Below are positions 21,479-33,742 of a stretch of 61,893 nucleotides of DNA, in pieces. The position numbers were made by a program, and so were the translations under genes. The stretch is from positions 1 through 61,893 of the forward strand of contig JAHFDS010000006.1 in the NCBI GenBank assembly GCA_023248855.1. Reading direction: 5' to 3'. Positions within the stretch are counted from its first letter, which is position 1, and every line of letters begins with the position of its first letter. The notes below the pieces were generated by a model, which worked only from the letters and a program-made list of their open reading frames with translations, did no database searches and was not told where the DNA came from. The DNA is from Myxococcales bacterium. Its GTDB lineage: Bacteria > Myxococcota_A > Polyangia > JAHFDS01.

Positions 21479-21486
21479 GGGGGGCG

Positions 21487-24400
21487 TCACTGGCGCTTCG
21501 GGTCGCGACCGAGCAGCTGGGAAAGGGCGTCCGGAGTCATTCCGGTCTCACCAGCATCATCGGCGCCAAGCGCTCGCGCCTCCGGCATCGTGGCGACCTC
21601 GGACGGCCGCAGCTTCGCCGTGGCGATCTCGGACGGCCGCAACTTCGCCGTGGCGACCTCGGACGGCCGCAGCTTCCCTCCCCCCTGGCCGAGCGCCTGG
21701 ACCTCCGCGAGCGTGGACACTTGCGACGGCTTGGGCAGAGGTCCCCCAGGGCGGAGGCGCTCCACCAGCCCTGGCCCCGCGGCTCGCTCGATCGACCGCG
21801 ACTGAACCCTGGCGACCGCACGGGTAGGTGGCTCTGCGATGGGAGGACGCGCCTCCGGCTGGGTGGCCTCACCGCCGAACTCCTGTTCGTCATCGTCTGG
21901 TGGAGGCGCCAGGGGTGGCGGTTCCGCGATGCTCCGGACCTCCAATTCGTCCAGGTCGTCCGGGGGCTCGTCCATCACGAGGTCGAGGTCGGCGGCCGAG
22001 AGCTCGATGGTGCGCGAAGGCTCTGCTGCCTCCGCTGCCCTTGGCGGCGGCTGGATGCGCCGCGCGAGTGGGGTCTGCTCCGGCAAGGGCCCGTCCTGGG
22101 CGGGGGCCGGACGCGTGGGCGCAAGCGCCTTGTGGACGGCGGTCGGCGAGCCGAGCCGCACGACGGCGCGGCCCACTCGCTCGTCGAGGATTCGCGAGGA
22201 GAGCGGTCGCGCCTCGACCAGTGCCTTGGGAACCGACCGTGCTCCCGTGACCGTCTGATGCCCCTCGCGCAGCTCGATGTGCTCGATTGCGTGGCTGACC
22301 GCCGTCACGACGGGCGCGAGCGACTGCAGCGTCGCCGCGCGTTCCACGAGATCGGGGAGCACCGCGCGCAGCGCGTGCAGGGCCCGGCGACTTCCCGAAA
22401 GGCCGAGCACCTCCGCCAGCGCCAGGAGAACGCGATCGGTAGGCAGCGGCTCGCCAGGCTGCACCCATGCGATCACCCGCTCGGACAGCGTCCGATCGAG
22501 GTCGCCGGCCGTCCGCCGTTCGCTCTCCGAGAGGCCCGAATACAAGCGTAGTGCGGCGAACGCATGCGCCTCACTCTTACGCGCCTCGGCGGAGGCCAGG
22601 AACTCGAGGTATCCGGCCAGCGCCCGCGGATCGGTCGATCCGAAGACAGCAAGGTTGGCGGCAGCGCGAATGCGCACAGCCTGGGCCTCGTCCGCGAGCG
22701 CATCGAGCAATGCGGGCTCCGCCTCCTGTCCGGTGATTCGGACCAAGAAAGAGAGCGCCGCCTCGCGGACGCGCGGGTGGTCGTGGGCAAGGTTGCGTCT
22801 CGCGTCGGAGGCCGCTTCGCGGATCCCCAGGGTGGTCGCGAGCACGAGCATGTTGCGGGTCACGTACCAGGGGGCATCGCGCTCGCCCAGGGAGTGCAGG
22901 ATCGGCATGTACGCGGCATCGCCCTGCTCTACGAGAAGTCGCAAGGCCAGCTCCCGGACGGCGCGGTGCTCGCTCTGGCGCACGCAGGCGAGCAACGGCG
23001 CGATCGCCCGGCCTCCTGCGTATCGCAGGAGCGCGCCCGCCGCGTCGCGCTCGGTCGCCTCGACCAGCCGCAGAGCAAGCTGCGACAGCACTTCGGGCAG
23101 GAAGATCTGCTCGAGCAGGCGGTCGTACAGAGACTGAGCCGTCGGGGCGTCCAGCAGCGTGTCCTCGAGGAGCCGCGCGGCCTCGCGCAGCCGGCACGCG
23201 GCCACGAGCAAGCGCACGGCCTTGCCACGGACACCGAGCGCGGCCTCGGTATCGCGCCCGCCGCCCGCCGGCACTGCCGGGATCGACTCCTTCCTGCGGA
23301 GCCGGTCGTTGATGCGTTCTGCAGCCAGCCACTCGCCGAGCTCGCCAGGGATCGTCTGGGGGTCGACGTGCTCCCGGAGCTTCGCGAGCGCAGCCGGTGC
23401 CTCGGGAGACTGCCCTTCGAGCAGGTGGATGCAGAGCTCGGTGAGCGCCCGCCGCGCGCTCTCGCTGCTCGCGACCGAGAGCGAGAGCTGGCCCACCACC
23501 TCGGCGACGAACCGTTCGGGCACCAGGCTCGCGATGACCCGGGTCAACGACTGGCCGCGCAGCTCCTCGGTCTTGGCGGCCTCGATGAGATCAGCCTGCT
23601 CGAGCACCAGCGTGTACGTATCGGCGTCCCCGATGGCGCGCATCGCATCGGTGACCGTCTGGATGCGGGCCTCGACCAGTTGCGCGGCGTCGGCGTCGCG
23701 CATGATCGGTATCGAGCGGAGGTCCTTGCGCAGGCGTTCGATCAGCATGCGCACGCGCCACGGCAGCTGGCCCTCGCGGCCCACGCTGGTCTCCGAGAAC
23801 GCCACCGCCACGCCCATGACCCTCTTCTCGTGAAGCGAGCGAGCCATGCGCCTGGCGCGCTCTTCCGAGCCAACGGTCGAGGGCATCGGTCGGCCGAGCA
23901 GCTCCGCAAACGTGACCAGGTCCTCGCGGCTCGCCGTCGCGTCGATCTGCACCGACGTGACCTCGCTGCGCTCTAGCGCCTCGACGAGCCGTTGCGTGAG
24001 CTGCGCCGTGTCCGGCCCGCGCAGCGTGTCCGACAGCAGCACCCGAAAGGATGTGACACCCGCGCACGCGAGCTCCCAGGCTGGCTCACGCGAGAGCAGC
24101 AGCTCCCCCGATCCGTGGGTGACATCGCGTAGCGCGTCGGTGAGCGCACGACCATCGGCCTCACGTCCGTCGGCACGGGCGCGCAGGCTCGAGCGGATGA
24201 GCGCGCGCACGAAGCCGTCCACAGCGGTCGCAGCCTGCGGCGGCACGGATCGCGACAGCGCGATCTCGCGCGCGGTGGATGGTCGCATGACGGCGCGCGT
24301 CACCGCGGGCTCCGGTGGCGGCGGGGCCTTGGTGGGCTCTGGCGCCGGCTCCGCTGGCGCGGCAGCCACCAGCCGGCGGGCTCCGCCCGATGGAGGGAGC

Positions 24401-24741
24401 GTCGGGGCGCCGATGATGGTCGAACGTCGCTGGAGCGCACGCTGCACGGCACGGCCGAGCACGTCCGGCTCGAGGATCACGAGTCGAGCTCCGGCGGGTT
24501 CCGTGAGCTTGATCTCGGTACGCAGCAGCACACGGCCCACCACGGGCAGCTGGAGCACGAGGTTGCAGGAATCCCCCGGACCCAGATCGGTGTCGACGTC
24601 CACGTCGATGCGGAGGTCACGCAGCGCACGATCGAAGTCGGCGCGGAGCGCCTCACGGGTCGCGTAATCGACCTGGACCCTGCCCTCTCCGCCCGTGCAG
24701 GTGCGGCCCTCCAGCGGGGGATCGAGCGCCGAGCCCTCCAC
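21487..24741 (-). CDS. Large HEAT-repeat protein with possible PilZ-like N-terminus and disordered C-terminus
   Basis: PWYVTRNML, HDHPRVREAAL and LADEAQAVRIRAA HEAT-like repeats; Pro/acidic tail. Confidence 0.7.
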   Translation of the reverse strand: MEGSALDPPLEGRTCTGGEGRVQVDYATREALRADFDRALRDLRIDVDVDTDLGPGDSCNLVLQLPVVGRVLLRTEIKLTEPAGARLVILEPDVLGRAVQRALQRRSTIIGAPTLPPSGGARRLVAAAPAEPAPEPTKAPPPPEPAVTRAVMRPSTAREIALSRSVPPQAATAVDGFVRALIRSSLRARADGREADGRALTDALRDVTHGSGELLLSREPAWELACAGVTSFRVLLSDTLRGPDTAQLTQRLVEALERSEVTSVQIDATASREDLVTFAELLGRPMPSTVGSEERARRMARSLHEKRVMGVAVAFSETSVGREGQLPWRVRMLIERLRKDLRSIPIMRDADAAQLVEARIQTVTDAMRAIGDADTYTLVLEQADLIEAAKTEELRGQSLTRVIASLVPERFVAEVVGQLSLSVASSESARRALTELCIHLLEGQSPEAPAALAKLREHVDPQTIPGELGEWLAAERINDRLRRKESIPAVPAGGGRDTEAALGVRGKAVRLLVAACRLREAARLLEDTLLDAPTAQSLYDRLLEQIFLPEVLSQLALRLVEATERDAAGALLRYAGGRAIAPLLACVRQSEHRAVRELALRLLVEQGDAAYMPILHSLGERDAPWYVTRNMLVLATTLGIREAASDARRNLAHDHPRVREAALSFLVRITGQEAEPALLDALADEAQAVRIRAAANLAVFGSTDPRALAGYLEFLASAEARKSEAHAFAALRLYSGLSESERRTAGDLDRTLSERVIAWVQPGEPLPTDRVLLALAEVLGLSGSRRALHALRAVLPDLVERAATLQSLAPVVTAVSHAIEHIELREGHQTVTGARSVPKALVEARPLSSRILDERVGRAVVRLGSPTAVHKALAPTRPAPAQDGPLPEQTPLARRIQPPPRAAEAAEPSRTIELSAADLDLVMDEPPDDLDELEVRSIAEPPPLAPPPDDDEQEFGGEATQPEARPPIAEPPTRAVARVQSRSIERAAGPGLVERLRPGGPLPKPSQVSTLAEVQALGQGGGKLRPSEVATAKLRPSEIATAKLRPSEVATMPEARALGADDAGETGMTPDALSQLLGRDPKRQ
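21590..21676 (-). repeat. 30-bp coding tandem repeat x3 (KLRPSE[V/I]ATA)
   Basis: gtggcgacctcggacggccgcagcttcgcc unit, about 2.9 copies. Confidence 0.9.
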
Positions 24742-24747
24742 AGTCGG

Positions 24748-25512
24748 CTAGGGTCTCCGGCGAGCCCGGAGCCAGCGGACGGCTGGCGCGCCGATGGGCG
24801 CGAGGGCCACGGTGAGAGCGGCCACCGCCACGAGCCGCGCGGATCCGACCCAGGCCAGCGAGTCGATGGCAGCGCCCTGAACCACGTTGTCGTAGGAGAA
24901 CCAGTCCGGCCAGGGGGTCCCCGGCGCGACCAGCAGGAGCACGGGTGCACCGACGAGCGCGACCAGACCCCAGGTGCGCCCGCGAACCAGCGCACCGAGA
25001 CCGATGCTGGTCACCGCGAGGGCGGCCACGGCGAGCAGCAGGCCCTGCCCTTCCCGCGGAGCGAGCGCGAAGGCGATGAGAGACGGCAACGCGGACGCCG
25101 TTCGCGTGACCGTCTTGCCCAGCCGGCGCTTGCCCTCCTCATCGAGGCCGAGCCGGGACGCGGCGCCAGGACGCAGCTCGTACAGCTCCGCCATGTCGCG
25201 CCCGAGCAGCGCCACCACGACCAGCCCGTGCGAGATGCCGTAGAAGATCAAGAACGGGCTCAGCCCACTGGCCAGACCGAAGGCGGCGGTCACGAGCCCG
25301 GACCAGCCGATACCGGTGGCGAACCAGCGCGCCCAGAACCATCCCGCTCCGAGGGCGAAGAACGCGGTCACATAACAGGCGCCGAGGCCCCATAGCAGCG
25401 GTCTCAGCTCGTCGGGGGCCAAGAGGGAGACCGCCGTGTAGAGCGATCCGAAGAACCCGAGCGACGCGAGCGCCAGCGCGCGTCGTTCGCCCACGAGGGA
25501 GGGAAGGCGCAT
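24748..25512 (-). CDS. Hypothetical integral membrane protein
   Basis: Multiple hydrophobic helices; start MRLPSLVGERR with TATAAT 6 nt upstream. Confidence 0.75.
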   Translation of the reverse strand: MRLPSLVGERRALALASLGFFGSLYTAVSLLAPDELRPLLWGLGACYVTAFFALGAGWFWARWFATGIGWSGLVTAAFGLASGLSPFLIFYGISHGLVVVALLGRDMAELYELRPGAASRLGLDEEGKRRLGKTVTRTASALPSLIAFALAPREGQGLLLAVAALAVTSIGLGALVRGRTWGLVALVGAPVLLLVAPGTPWPDWFSYDNVVQGAAIDSLAWVGSARLVAVAALTVALAPIGAPAVRWLRARRRP

Positions 25513-25555
25513 GCCCTCATTATACGCTGCAAATCTGGCGCAGGCGGAGGCGCCC

Positions 25556-27487
25556 TCAGGGACCGGCGTCCACCTGCACCGACACCGTTCCCACCTTGCC
25601 ACCGCCAGGCTCCCCGCGGGCGTCGATCCGATCGGACGGCACGCCCGCGCGAGCGAGCTCGTCCCGGATCAGCCGTGCCCGCGCGTCGGCAAGCTCGTCA
25701 CCCGTCCGGGCGCCGCGCACGCGGACGAGGACGCGACGCCATTCAGGATGGGCGAGCAGAGCATCGGCGAGCTCGTCGAGGATGGCGCCGCTGCCCTTGC
25801 CCAGGCGCGCCCGCTTGCCCTGCCACAGCACCGGCCGCACGAAGAGCAGACGCCCGGAGGCCACCCCCACGAGGGGCTCGCCACGACGCGAAAGGACGAG
25901 CTCCAAGGGTTGCGGGTCCGCGTCGGAGACCTCGACGGTGCGCGCACGCAAGAGGTGCCCGTCTGCGCGCGCCCGCAGCAGCCAGCGTCCCGGCGCGAGC
26001 ACCACCTGAAACACGCCCCCAGCCCCCACCGCCACCGAGGCCATGTCGCCCGATCCAGCGAGGGGGGTCGCATCGACCTGCCCCACGAGCGGTCCGTCCT
26101 TGTCGGCGAGGCGCCCGCGCAGGGTGAAAGTGCGCGCGCGCGGGGCCAGGCGAACCTCGATCGCAGCGTCCTGACCGGCCTCGATGCGCGCCTCCGCGGT
26201 GCTCGGCTCGAAGCCGGGGGCTCTGGCCACAAGGTGAACGACGCCCGGGGACAGCGGCGGCGCGCGGAACCGTCCATCGTCATTCGTCGCCAGTCGGCCG
26301 ATTCCAGGCAGCTCGAGGATCGCATCGGCGAGCGGCGCTCCGGTGTCCGCCCGAACGACGATCCCCGCCACTCGGCCGGTCGGAGCAACGGCCGGCCCAG
26401 GAGGCGGCGGCGGGGTCGGCGCCCGCTGGGTCACCCGCACGGTGCGCACCACGCGCAGGGGTGGCGCGAGCGGGTCGAACGCGTAGGCCACGCCCAGGAG
26501 CACGTTCCAGGGCAACTGGGGCGGGCCGAACGCGAAGCCTGGGCTTCCCAGCCCCAGCTCCACACCGGCATCGATCGACAGCGATGGGGTCAAGTGCCCC
26601 CGGAGGCCGAGGATCATCGTCTGCGCGACCCGGCCGTCGACCGCGGTGCGAAACGTCGGATCCTGGGTGAACGCTCGCTCGGCCTCGCCGGTCGCCACCT
26701 CGAGGTGGTACTCGACGATGGGCGTCAAGCGCGCCCGGGCGCCGAGCGCGATCGGCAGGTCGAAGCCGAGGCCCAGGTGAAACCGGCTCGGGCGCAGGCG
26801 GTAGTGGAACGTGACCACCTGTCGCGCCACCGGGGTCTTCGTGGCGAGGGCGATGAGGCCGCGCGAGTTGTCGATGATCTGGCCCATCACGACGTGCAGG
26901 CGCAGCGGAAGCGGCGATCCCAGCCGCTCGGCCGACACGTCCAGCACGCCCGTGAAGGAGTAGCTCGTCGCGGTGCCGTCGATCGACAGGCCCCCGGGCG
27001 AACCGAGCAGCGCGAGATCGGTGACGAGGCCCACGCTGGCTGCGCCCACTTCCGCCGCGACCTTCAGGCCGAAAATCGCGTCGGTGATGCTGGTCGTCAG
27101 GCGCGCGTCGGCGTCAGTCTCGCCGCCGAGCGGCGAGCGCACGTTGTGGTTCGTCGCGCTCGATACGACGGCGAAGGTCTCCAGCCAGCCGAGGAGGTTG
27201 GCTCCGAGGACGAGGCGAGCCGCGGTGCGATCGTGATGGTCGCCGACGACGAGGAAGCTGTGGCCGGCAAACAGCTCGCCCCGCAGCGCGAGGCGCACCT
27301 GGCCGGCGACGCCGAGCTCCGCAGTCGGCAGCCGGAACAGGCCGCTGGTCCCGCCCAGGGACGGCTCGACCAGCGTGCGCGTCGGCAGGGGCGGGACCTC
27401 CTCCGAGACCTCCTGCGAGATCACCAGAGGCGAGTCGGCGCGCGCCGGCGCAGCGAGGAGGACCAGGGCGAGCACGAGCGAGCGCAC
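25556..27487 (-). CDS. Outer-membrane protein: beta-rich N-terminus, carboxypeptidase-regulatory-like repeats, degenerate OmpA-like C-terminus
   Basis: Signal peptide ending PARA; TNDDGRF and ARAPGFEP repeats; ILDELADAL...RDELARAGVPSDRIDARG. Confidence 0.7.
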   Translation of the reverse strand: MRSLVLALVLLAAPARADSPLVISQEVSEEVPPLPTRTLVEPSLGGTSGLFRLPTAELGVAGQVRLALRGELFAGHSFLVVGDHHDRTAARLVLGANLLGWLETFAVVSSATNHNVRSPLGGETDADARLTTSITDAIFGLKVAAEVGAASVGLVTDLALLGSPGGLSIDGTATSYSFTGVLDVSAERLGSPLPLRLHVVMGQIIDNSRGLIALATKTPVARQVVTFHYRLRPSRFHLGLGFDLPIALGARARLTPIVEYHLEVATGEAERAFTQDPTFRTAVDGRVAQTMILGLRGHLTPSLSIDAGVELGLGSPGFAFGPPQLPWNVLLGVAYAFDPLAPPLRVVRTVRVTQRAPTPPPPPGPAVAPTGRVAGIVVRADTGAPLADAILELPGIGRLATNDDGRFRAPPLSPGVVHLVARAPGFEPSTAEARIEAGQDAAIEVRLAPRARTFTLRGRLADKDGPLVGQVDATPLAGSGDMASVAVGAGGVFQVVLAPGRWLLRARADGHLLRARTVEVSDADPQPLELVLSRRGEPLVGVASGRLLFVRPVLWQGKRARLGKGSGAILDELADALLAHPEWRRVLVRVRGARTGDELADARARLIRDELARAGVPSDRIDARGEPGGGKVGTVSVQVDAGP

Positions 27488-27636
27488 CTGCGGACTGTAA
27501 CCGCATGCGCTCGGGTGCGCTGACCCAGCGTGCCCAGGGTGCAGAATCCCCGGCGGCGGCCGAGCGGCCGGCGGCATTCGCCGCAACTGACTGATTCCCT
27601 GCGGTCACAGCGCCACCGTTTCGCGTGGCGAGAAGA

Positions 27637-27665
27637 TTGTCCGCTCGCCCGGGCGGCCCTAGGAT
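27637..27665 (+). promoter_or_regulatory. Sigma70-like promoter
   Basis: TTGTCC-N17-TAGGAT, 9 nt before ATG 27675. Confidence 0.5.
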
Positions 27666-27674
27666 CAGCCAAGA

Positions 27675-28163
27675 ATGGCCGGCTTCGTCGACGTCTACAT
27701 CGAGGGCACCGACGACACCTCAGCGGCGGCGCTCAAGCGCGCCGTCACCTCGCTCGCCCGGTGCCTCGCCATCCCCGAGCTGCGCGCGCATGCGCTGCTC
27801 GGCCAGGGGCGCGTCAAGGTCCGGTCGAATCTGGCGCCCGAGCTGGCCAACGAGCTCATCCGCCTCCTGGAGAAAGCCGGGGTACGTGCAACCACGAGCC
27901 CGGCGACGACCACGGCGCCTGGGCTGCCACGCAAGGACGAGCGGCCGGGTGGCGTCTCTTCGACCGGGGAACGCCCCCAGGCCGGCGCACCGCCGCGGCT
28001 TGGCACCGGCCCTGCCAGGACCCTGCAGCAGGACGAAGAGGCGATCACCGGGGTCTTCGAAACCGTGCCAGACCCCACGCGCCAGCCCACGCCGCAACCC
28101 CCCGGTCTCACGCCGCCACCCGACGCCGACGAACGCACCGACCCGCGCGGCCGGCCGCGTTAG
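27675..28163 (+). CDS. Hypothetical protein (L7/L12 C-terminal-like domain plus disordered tail)
   Basis: VRSNLAPELANELIRLLEKAGV resembles the L7/L12 CTD pattern; upstream promoter supports the gene. Confidence 0.55.
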   Translation: MAGFVDVYIEGTDDTSAAALKRAVTSLARCLAIPELRAHALLGQGRVKVRSNLAPELANELIRLLEKAGVRATTSPATTTAPGLPRKDERPGGVSSTGERPQAGAPPRLGTGPARTLQQDEEAITGVFETVPDPTRQPTPQPPGLTPPPDADERTDPRGRPR

Positions 28164-28529
28164 TGGGGCGCGCGCGGGGCCTCACCCTGCTCGAGCTTCT
28201 TCCGCTCGGCGGGGTGCTCGTCGAGGAACGCCTGGCGGCTCTCGCGGGTGATCTCCACCACCACGAGCGCGCTGGCGTCCTCGATCGTGGCCTGGCAGCC
28301 GAGACGCGAGCCCGGCCGCGGATCGAAGGCCATGTCGAGGCGGTCCTCCTCTCGATCGTCCTTCTCGGACAGTGCCCGCGCGCCCTCTCGCACGTAGAGG
28401 TGGCAGGTTGAGCAGGCACACTTGCGTCCGCAGGCGCTGCCCACGAACGCACCACACGCGTCGGCGGCATCGAGCAGCGTGGCACCCGCGGGCACCTCCG
28501 CCTCGAGCCCCTCGGGGAGGAAGCGAACT

Positions 28530-28537
<8 letters not shown>
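28160..28537 (-). CDS. fdx: ISC 2Fe-2S ferredoxin
   Basis: [11 protein letters not shown]...SRLGCQ adrenodoxin-type motif; follows hscA. Confidence 0.93.
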
Positions 28538-30406
<1,869 letters not shown>

Positions 30407-30410
<4 letters not shown>

Positions 30411-31027
30411 GCGTGGGCCGCCTGGAGGTCGTCCTCCCACGCAGAGACCTCGTCGAGCAACCGATCGTGATACCGGACGCGCAGGAAGGCCTCCGCGGCG
30501 GCCGTCGGAGCGCCCCCGGCAAAGGCACGCGCCATCTCCTCGACGGCCGTGCGCCTGGCTGCCTCGGTCGCTGCGGCGAGCGCGCGCACCTTGCCAGGGT
30601 CCCCGGCTGCGCGGGCATCGGCGAGAGCCTCGCGCTCCTCCATTGCCTGCATGAGGAAATTCGGCGGCAACCGGGGCCCGCCCGCGTCTTGCCGACCCAC
30701 GTCGACGCCGAGGCGCTTGAGGAGATATGCGGCTCTCCGCATGGGATCCTTCAGCGTCCGGTAGCCGTCGTTGATGGCCGTCGAGCGCGACAGCGAGATC
30801 TTTCGGGCCCGCGCGTCAGCGGTGGCGAAGCGGTCCGGGTGGAACCGGCGGGAGAGATCCTTGAACGACCTCTCGAGCGCCACCAGATCGACCTCGAACT
30901 GCTGACGGACGCCCAGCACGTCGAAGTAGCTCAGGTCCGGTGAAAGCGGCTGGACCGCCCCGCACGCCGGACACGCATCCACTGCGGGCTCGATCGCCCG
31001 ATTGCACTCCCAGCACACCCTCGACAT
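30407..31027 (-). CDS. hscB: Fe-S co-chaperone with N-terminal tetracysteine motif
   Basis: CWEC...CPAC, FHPDRF J-domain motif, [11 protein letters not shown]. Confidence 0.93.
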
Positions 31028-31062
31028 GTCGACCTTCGACTTCTTCGGCGGGCGTGAGCGCC

Positions 31063-31392
31063 CTAGAACTGGACGGACTCGCCGCAGCCGCACTGACCCT
31101 TGACCTGCGGGTTCTCGAACTTGAAGCCGTGACCCATCAGGCCCGTGAAGTAGTCGAGCCGCGTCCCGTCCAGGAACTTGTGGCTCTTCGGGTCCACGAA
31201 CACGCGGACACCGTCCTTCTCGAAGACGAGGTCCTCGGGGCGCGGCTCGGTGTCGGCCCACTCGAACAGGTAGGCGAACCCCGTGCAACCGCCGCCCCGG
31301 ATGCCCACGCGCAGGCCGAGCGGCGCAGGTGTGCGCTTCGCGGCTTGCTTCCTGATGGCGTCCGCGGCCTTGTCCGTGATCTCGATGGCCAT
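31063..31392 (-). CDS. iscA: A-type Fe-S carrier
   Basis: GGGCTGFAY, CGCGES. Confidence 0.95.
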   Translation of the reverse strand: MAIEITDKAADAIRKQAAKRTPAPLGLRVGIRGGGCTGFAYLFEWADTEPRPEDLVFEKDGVRVFVDPKSHKFLDGTRLDYFTGLMGHGFKFENPQVKGQCGCGESVQF

Positions 31393-31412
31393 GACGACCT
31401 GCTCCTCGGCGG

Positions 31413-31826
31413 CTACTTCGCCGCGGCGCGCGGACCCGCCTGCTTGCTCGCTTGCTTGCGCTTGTAGTCCTCGATGGCCGCCTTGATCGCGTCCTCGGCG
31501 AGCACCGAGCAATGGATCTTCACCGGCGGGAGGTTCAGCTCCTCGACGATGGTCTGGTTCTTGATGCCGAGCGCCTGCTCGATCGTCATGCCCCGCACCC
31601 ACTCGGTGATGAGCGAGGACGACGCGATGGCGGAGCCGCAGCCGAACGTCTTGAACTTGGCGTCCTCGATGACGCCATCGTCACCGACGCGGATCTGGAG
31701 CTTCATCACGTCGCCGCAAGCGGGCGCGCCGACGAGACCCGTACCGACGTCCTCGTCCCCGGCATCGAGTGAGCCGACGTTCCGTGGATTCTCGTAGTGG
31801 TCGATGACCTTTTCTGAGTACGCCAT
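31413..31826 (-). CDS. iscU: Fe-S scaffold protein
   Basis: MAYSEKVIDHYENPRNVG, GAPACGD, LPPVKIHCS. Confidence 0.97.
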   Translation of the reverse strand: MAYSEKVIDHYENPRNVGSLDAGDEDVGTGLVGAPACGDVMKLQIRVGDDGVIEDAKFKTFGCGSAIASSSLITEWVRGMTIEQALGIKNQTIVEELNLPPVKIHCSVLAEDAIKAAIEDYKRKQASKQAGPRAAAK

Positions 31827-31857
31827 GTTCAATCCCTTTCCGCGTGTCGCGGGAGTA

Positions 31858-33090
31858 TCAGTGGTGTGCGGTCCACTCGATCGACTTGAGGTCGACGCCG
31901 GCCTGCTTCATCTCCCACAGCGGGCTCATGTCGCGCAGCTTGCCGACCTTCTCGATCACCAGAGCGGCCACGTAGTCGATCTCTTCTTCGGTGTTGAGCC
32001 GGCCGATGCCGAACCGCAACGAGGAGTGCGCGAGCTCCTCGTCCACGCCGAGCGCGCGCAGGACGTACGACGGCTCGAGGGAGGCGGAGGTACACGCCGA
32101 TCCCGAAGACACCGCGACGTCCTTGAGCGCCATCAGCATGGCCTCACCCTCGACGTAGCCAATCGAGATGTTGAGGTTGCCCGGCAATCGGTGCTCCATC
32201 GAGCCATTGACGAACGTGTCGGTCACGTTGTCCTGGATCCTGCGCCGCAGCCGCTCGCGGAGCGAGAGCAGGCGCCTTGATTCCTCGGGCATCTCATTGC
32301 TGGCGAGCTCAGCGGCCTTGCCGAAGCCCACGATCCCGGGGACGTTGAGCGTGCCCGAGCGCATGCCGCGCTCGTGGCCGCCCCCGTCGATCTGCGCCGT
32401 CAGACGAGTACGCGGCTTGCGTCGCACCCAGAGCGCACCCACGCCCTTCGGCCCGTACATCTTGTGGGCCGAAAGGGACACCAGATCCGCGTGCGCGGCA
32501 TCGACGTGAAACGGGACCTTGCCGACGCCCTGCACGGCATCGATGTGGAAGAACGCGCCCCTGGCCTTGACCAGCTCGCCGATCTGCGCAACCGGCTGGA
32601 CCACGCCGATCTCGTTGTTGGCAAGCATGATCGACACCAGGATGGTCTTGTCGGTGAGGGTCTGCGCGAGGAGGTCGAGGTCGACCAGCCCATCCGGACG
32701 CACGCCGAGGTAGGTGACCTCGTAGCCGTGCTTCTCGAGCCGCTTGCACGAATCGAGCGTCGCCTTGTGCTCGGTCCTGACCGTGATGATGTGGTTTCCC
32801 CGGTCACCGCCCGAGGGCGTGCCGTAGAAATCCGCGACGCCCTTGATGGCCAGGTTGATCGCCTCGGTGGCCCCGGAGGTCCACACGAGCTCCTTGCCGC
32901 TGCCGCCGATGGCCGCGGCCACCTGCTCGCGCGCAAGGTCCGTCGCCTTTTCTGCCACCCAGCCGAACGCGTGGTTGCGGGACGCGGCGTTGCCGAAGTT
33001 CGTCGTGAAGTACGGCAGCATGGTCTCGAGCACGCGCGGGTCCACCGGCGTGGTCGAGTGATTGTCCAGGAATATCGGCAGCTTGATCAT
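31858..33090 (-). CDS. iscS: Cysteine desulfurase
   Basis: [34 protein letters not shown]-terminus. Confidence 0.97.
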   Translation of the reverse strand: MIKLPIFLDNHSTTPVDPRVLETMLPYFTTNFGNAASRNHAFGWVAEKATDLAREQVAAAIGGSGKELVWTSGATEAINLAIKGVADFYGTPSGGDRGNHIITVRTEHKATLDSCKRLEKHGYEVTYLGVRPDGLVDLDLLAQTLTDKTILVSIMLANNEIGVVQPVAQIGELVKARGAFFHIDAVQGVGKVPFHVDAAHADLVSLSAHKMYGPKGVGALWVRRKPRTRLTAQIDGGGHERGMRSGTLNVPGIVGFGKAAELASNEMPEESRRLLSLRERLRRRIQDNVTDTFVNGSMEHRLPGNLNISIGYVEGEAMLMALKDVAVSSGSACTSASLEPSYVLRALGVDEELAHSSLRFGIGRLNTEEEIDYVAALVIEKVGKLRDMSPLWEMKQAGVDLKSIEWTAHH

Positions 33091-33105
33091 CGTCAGCTCA
33101 TCCAG

Positions 33106-33663
33106 TCATCCGTGAATTCCGGCCACCAGCGGTGGCGCGGGCGTGTCTTCGGGGTGCACCGAACAGCACTGGCAGTCCTGGTGCAGATGGCTCGGCGCGC
33201 AGGTCCTGCAGGTCTCGAGGTACGTCAAGCTCTGCGAGAGATCGCGCTCGAGCTCCTGCAGGCGCTCGAGCGTCGAGCGCGTCTCCTCGAGCTTCTGCGT
33301 GAACACCGCTCGCACGCGCTCCATGGCCGCCGGCGCGCTCGCGCTGGCCTCCCAGTTACGCAAGAACTCCTGGATCTCTCCAAGAGCAAAGCCCATCGAC
33401 TGGAGCTTGCAGATCCAGGAGATCCGCTCCTTGGCCTCGGGCGCGTAGAGGCGGAAGCCCCCCACGCTGCGCTCGACCGGCCGCAGAAGGCCCAGCTCCT
33501 CGTACAGGTGCATGGTCCGCACGGTCTTTCCGGTCGCCTTGGCGAGCTGTCCCACCCGCATCAGGCGGCCAGGCCTGCGCAGCGACACCGGCGTCGAGCC
33601 GAGGTCCCGCGTGACCTCCAGCGCGTCCGGCAACTGCATCCCACCCAGCTTGGCTTCGCTCAT
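33106..33663 (-). CDS. MerR-family regulator with C-terminal Cys cluster
   Basis: RVGQLAKATGKTVRTMHLYEELGLL...GFRLY...MGFALGEI; tail CRTC-x8-CQCC; SD GGGAG. Confidence 0.9.
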   Translation of the reverse strand: MSEAKLGGMQLPDALEVTRDLGSTPVSLRRPGRLMRVGQLAKATGKTVRTMHLYEELGLLRPVERSVGGFRLYAPEAKERISWICKLQSMGFALGEIQEFLRNWEASASAPAAMERVRAVFTQKLEETRSTLERLQELERDLSQSLTYLETCRTCAPSHLHQDCQCCSVHPEDTPAPPLVAGIHG

Positions 33664-33673
33664 GTTAGCTCCC

Positions 33674-33693
33674 AACCCTCACGCAGACGTTAG
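33674..33693. promoter_or_regulatory. Candidate MerR operator, copy 2 (next to the RBS)
   Basis: aaccctcacgcagacgttag matches the reverse complement of 33746-33765 at 17 of 20 positions. Confidence 0.6.
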
Positions 33694-33742
33694 AGTCGGA
33701 TACACTATTGATGACGCGGAAGGAGACCGCGCGTCAAGCCCA

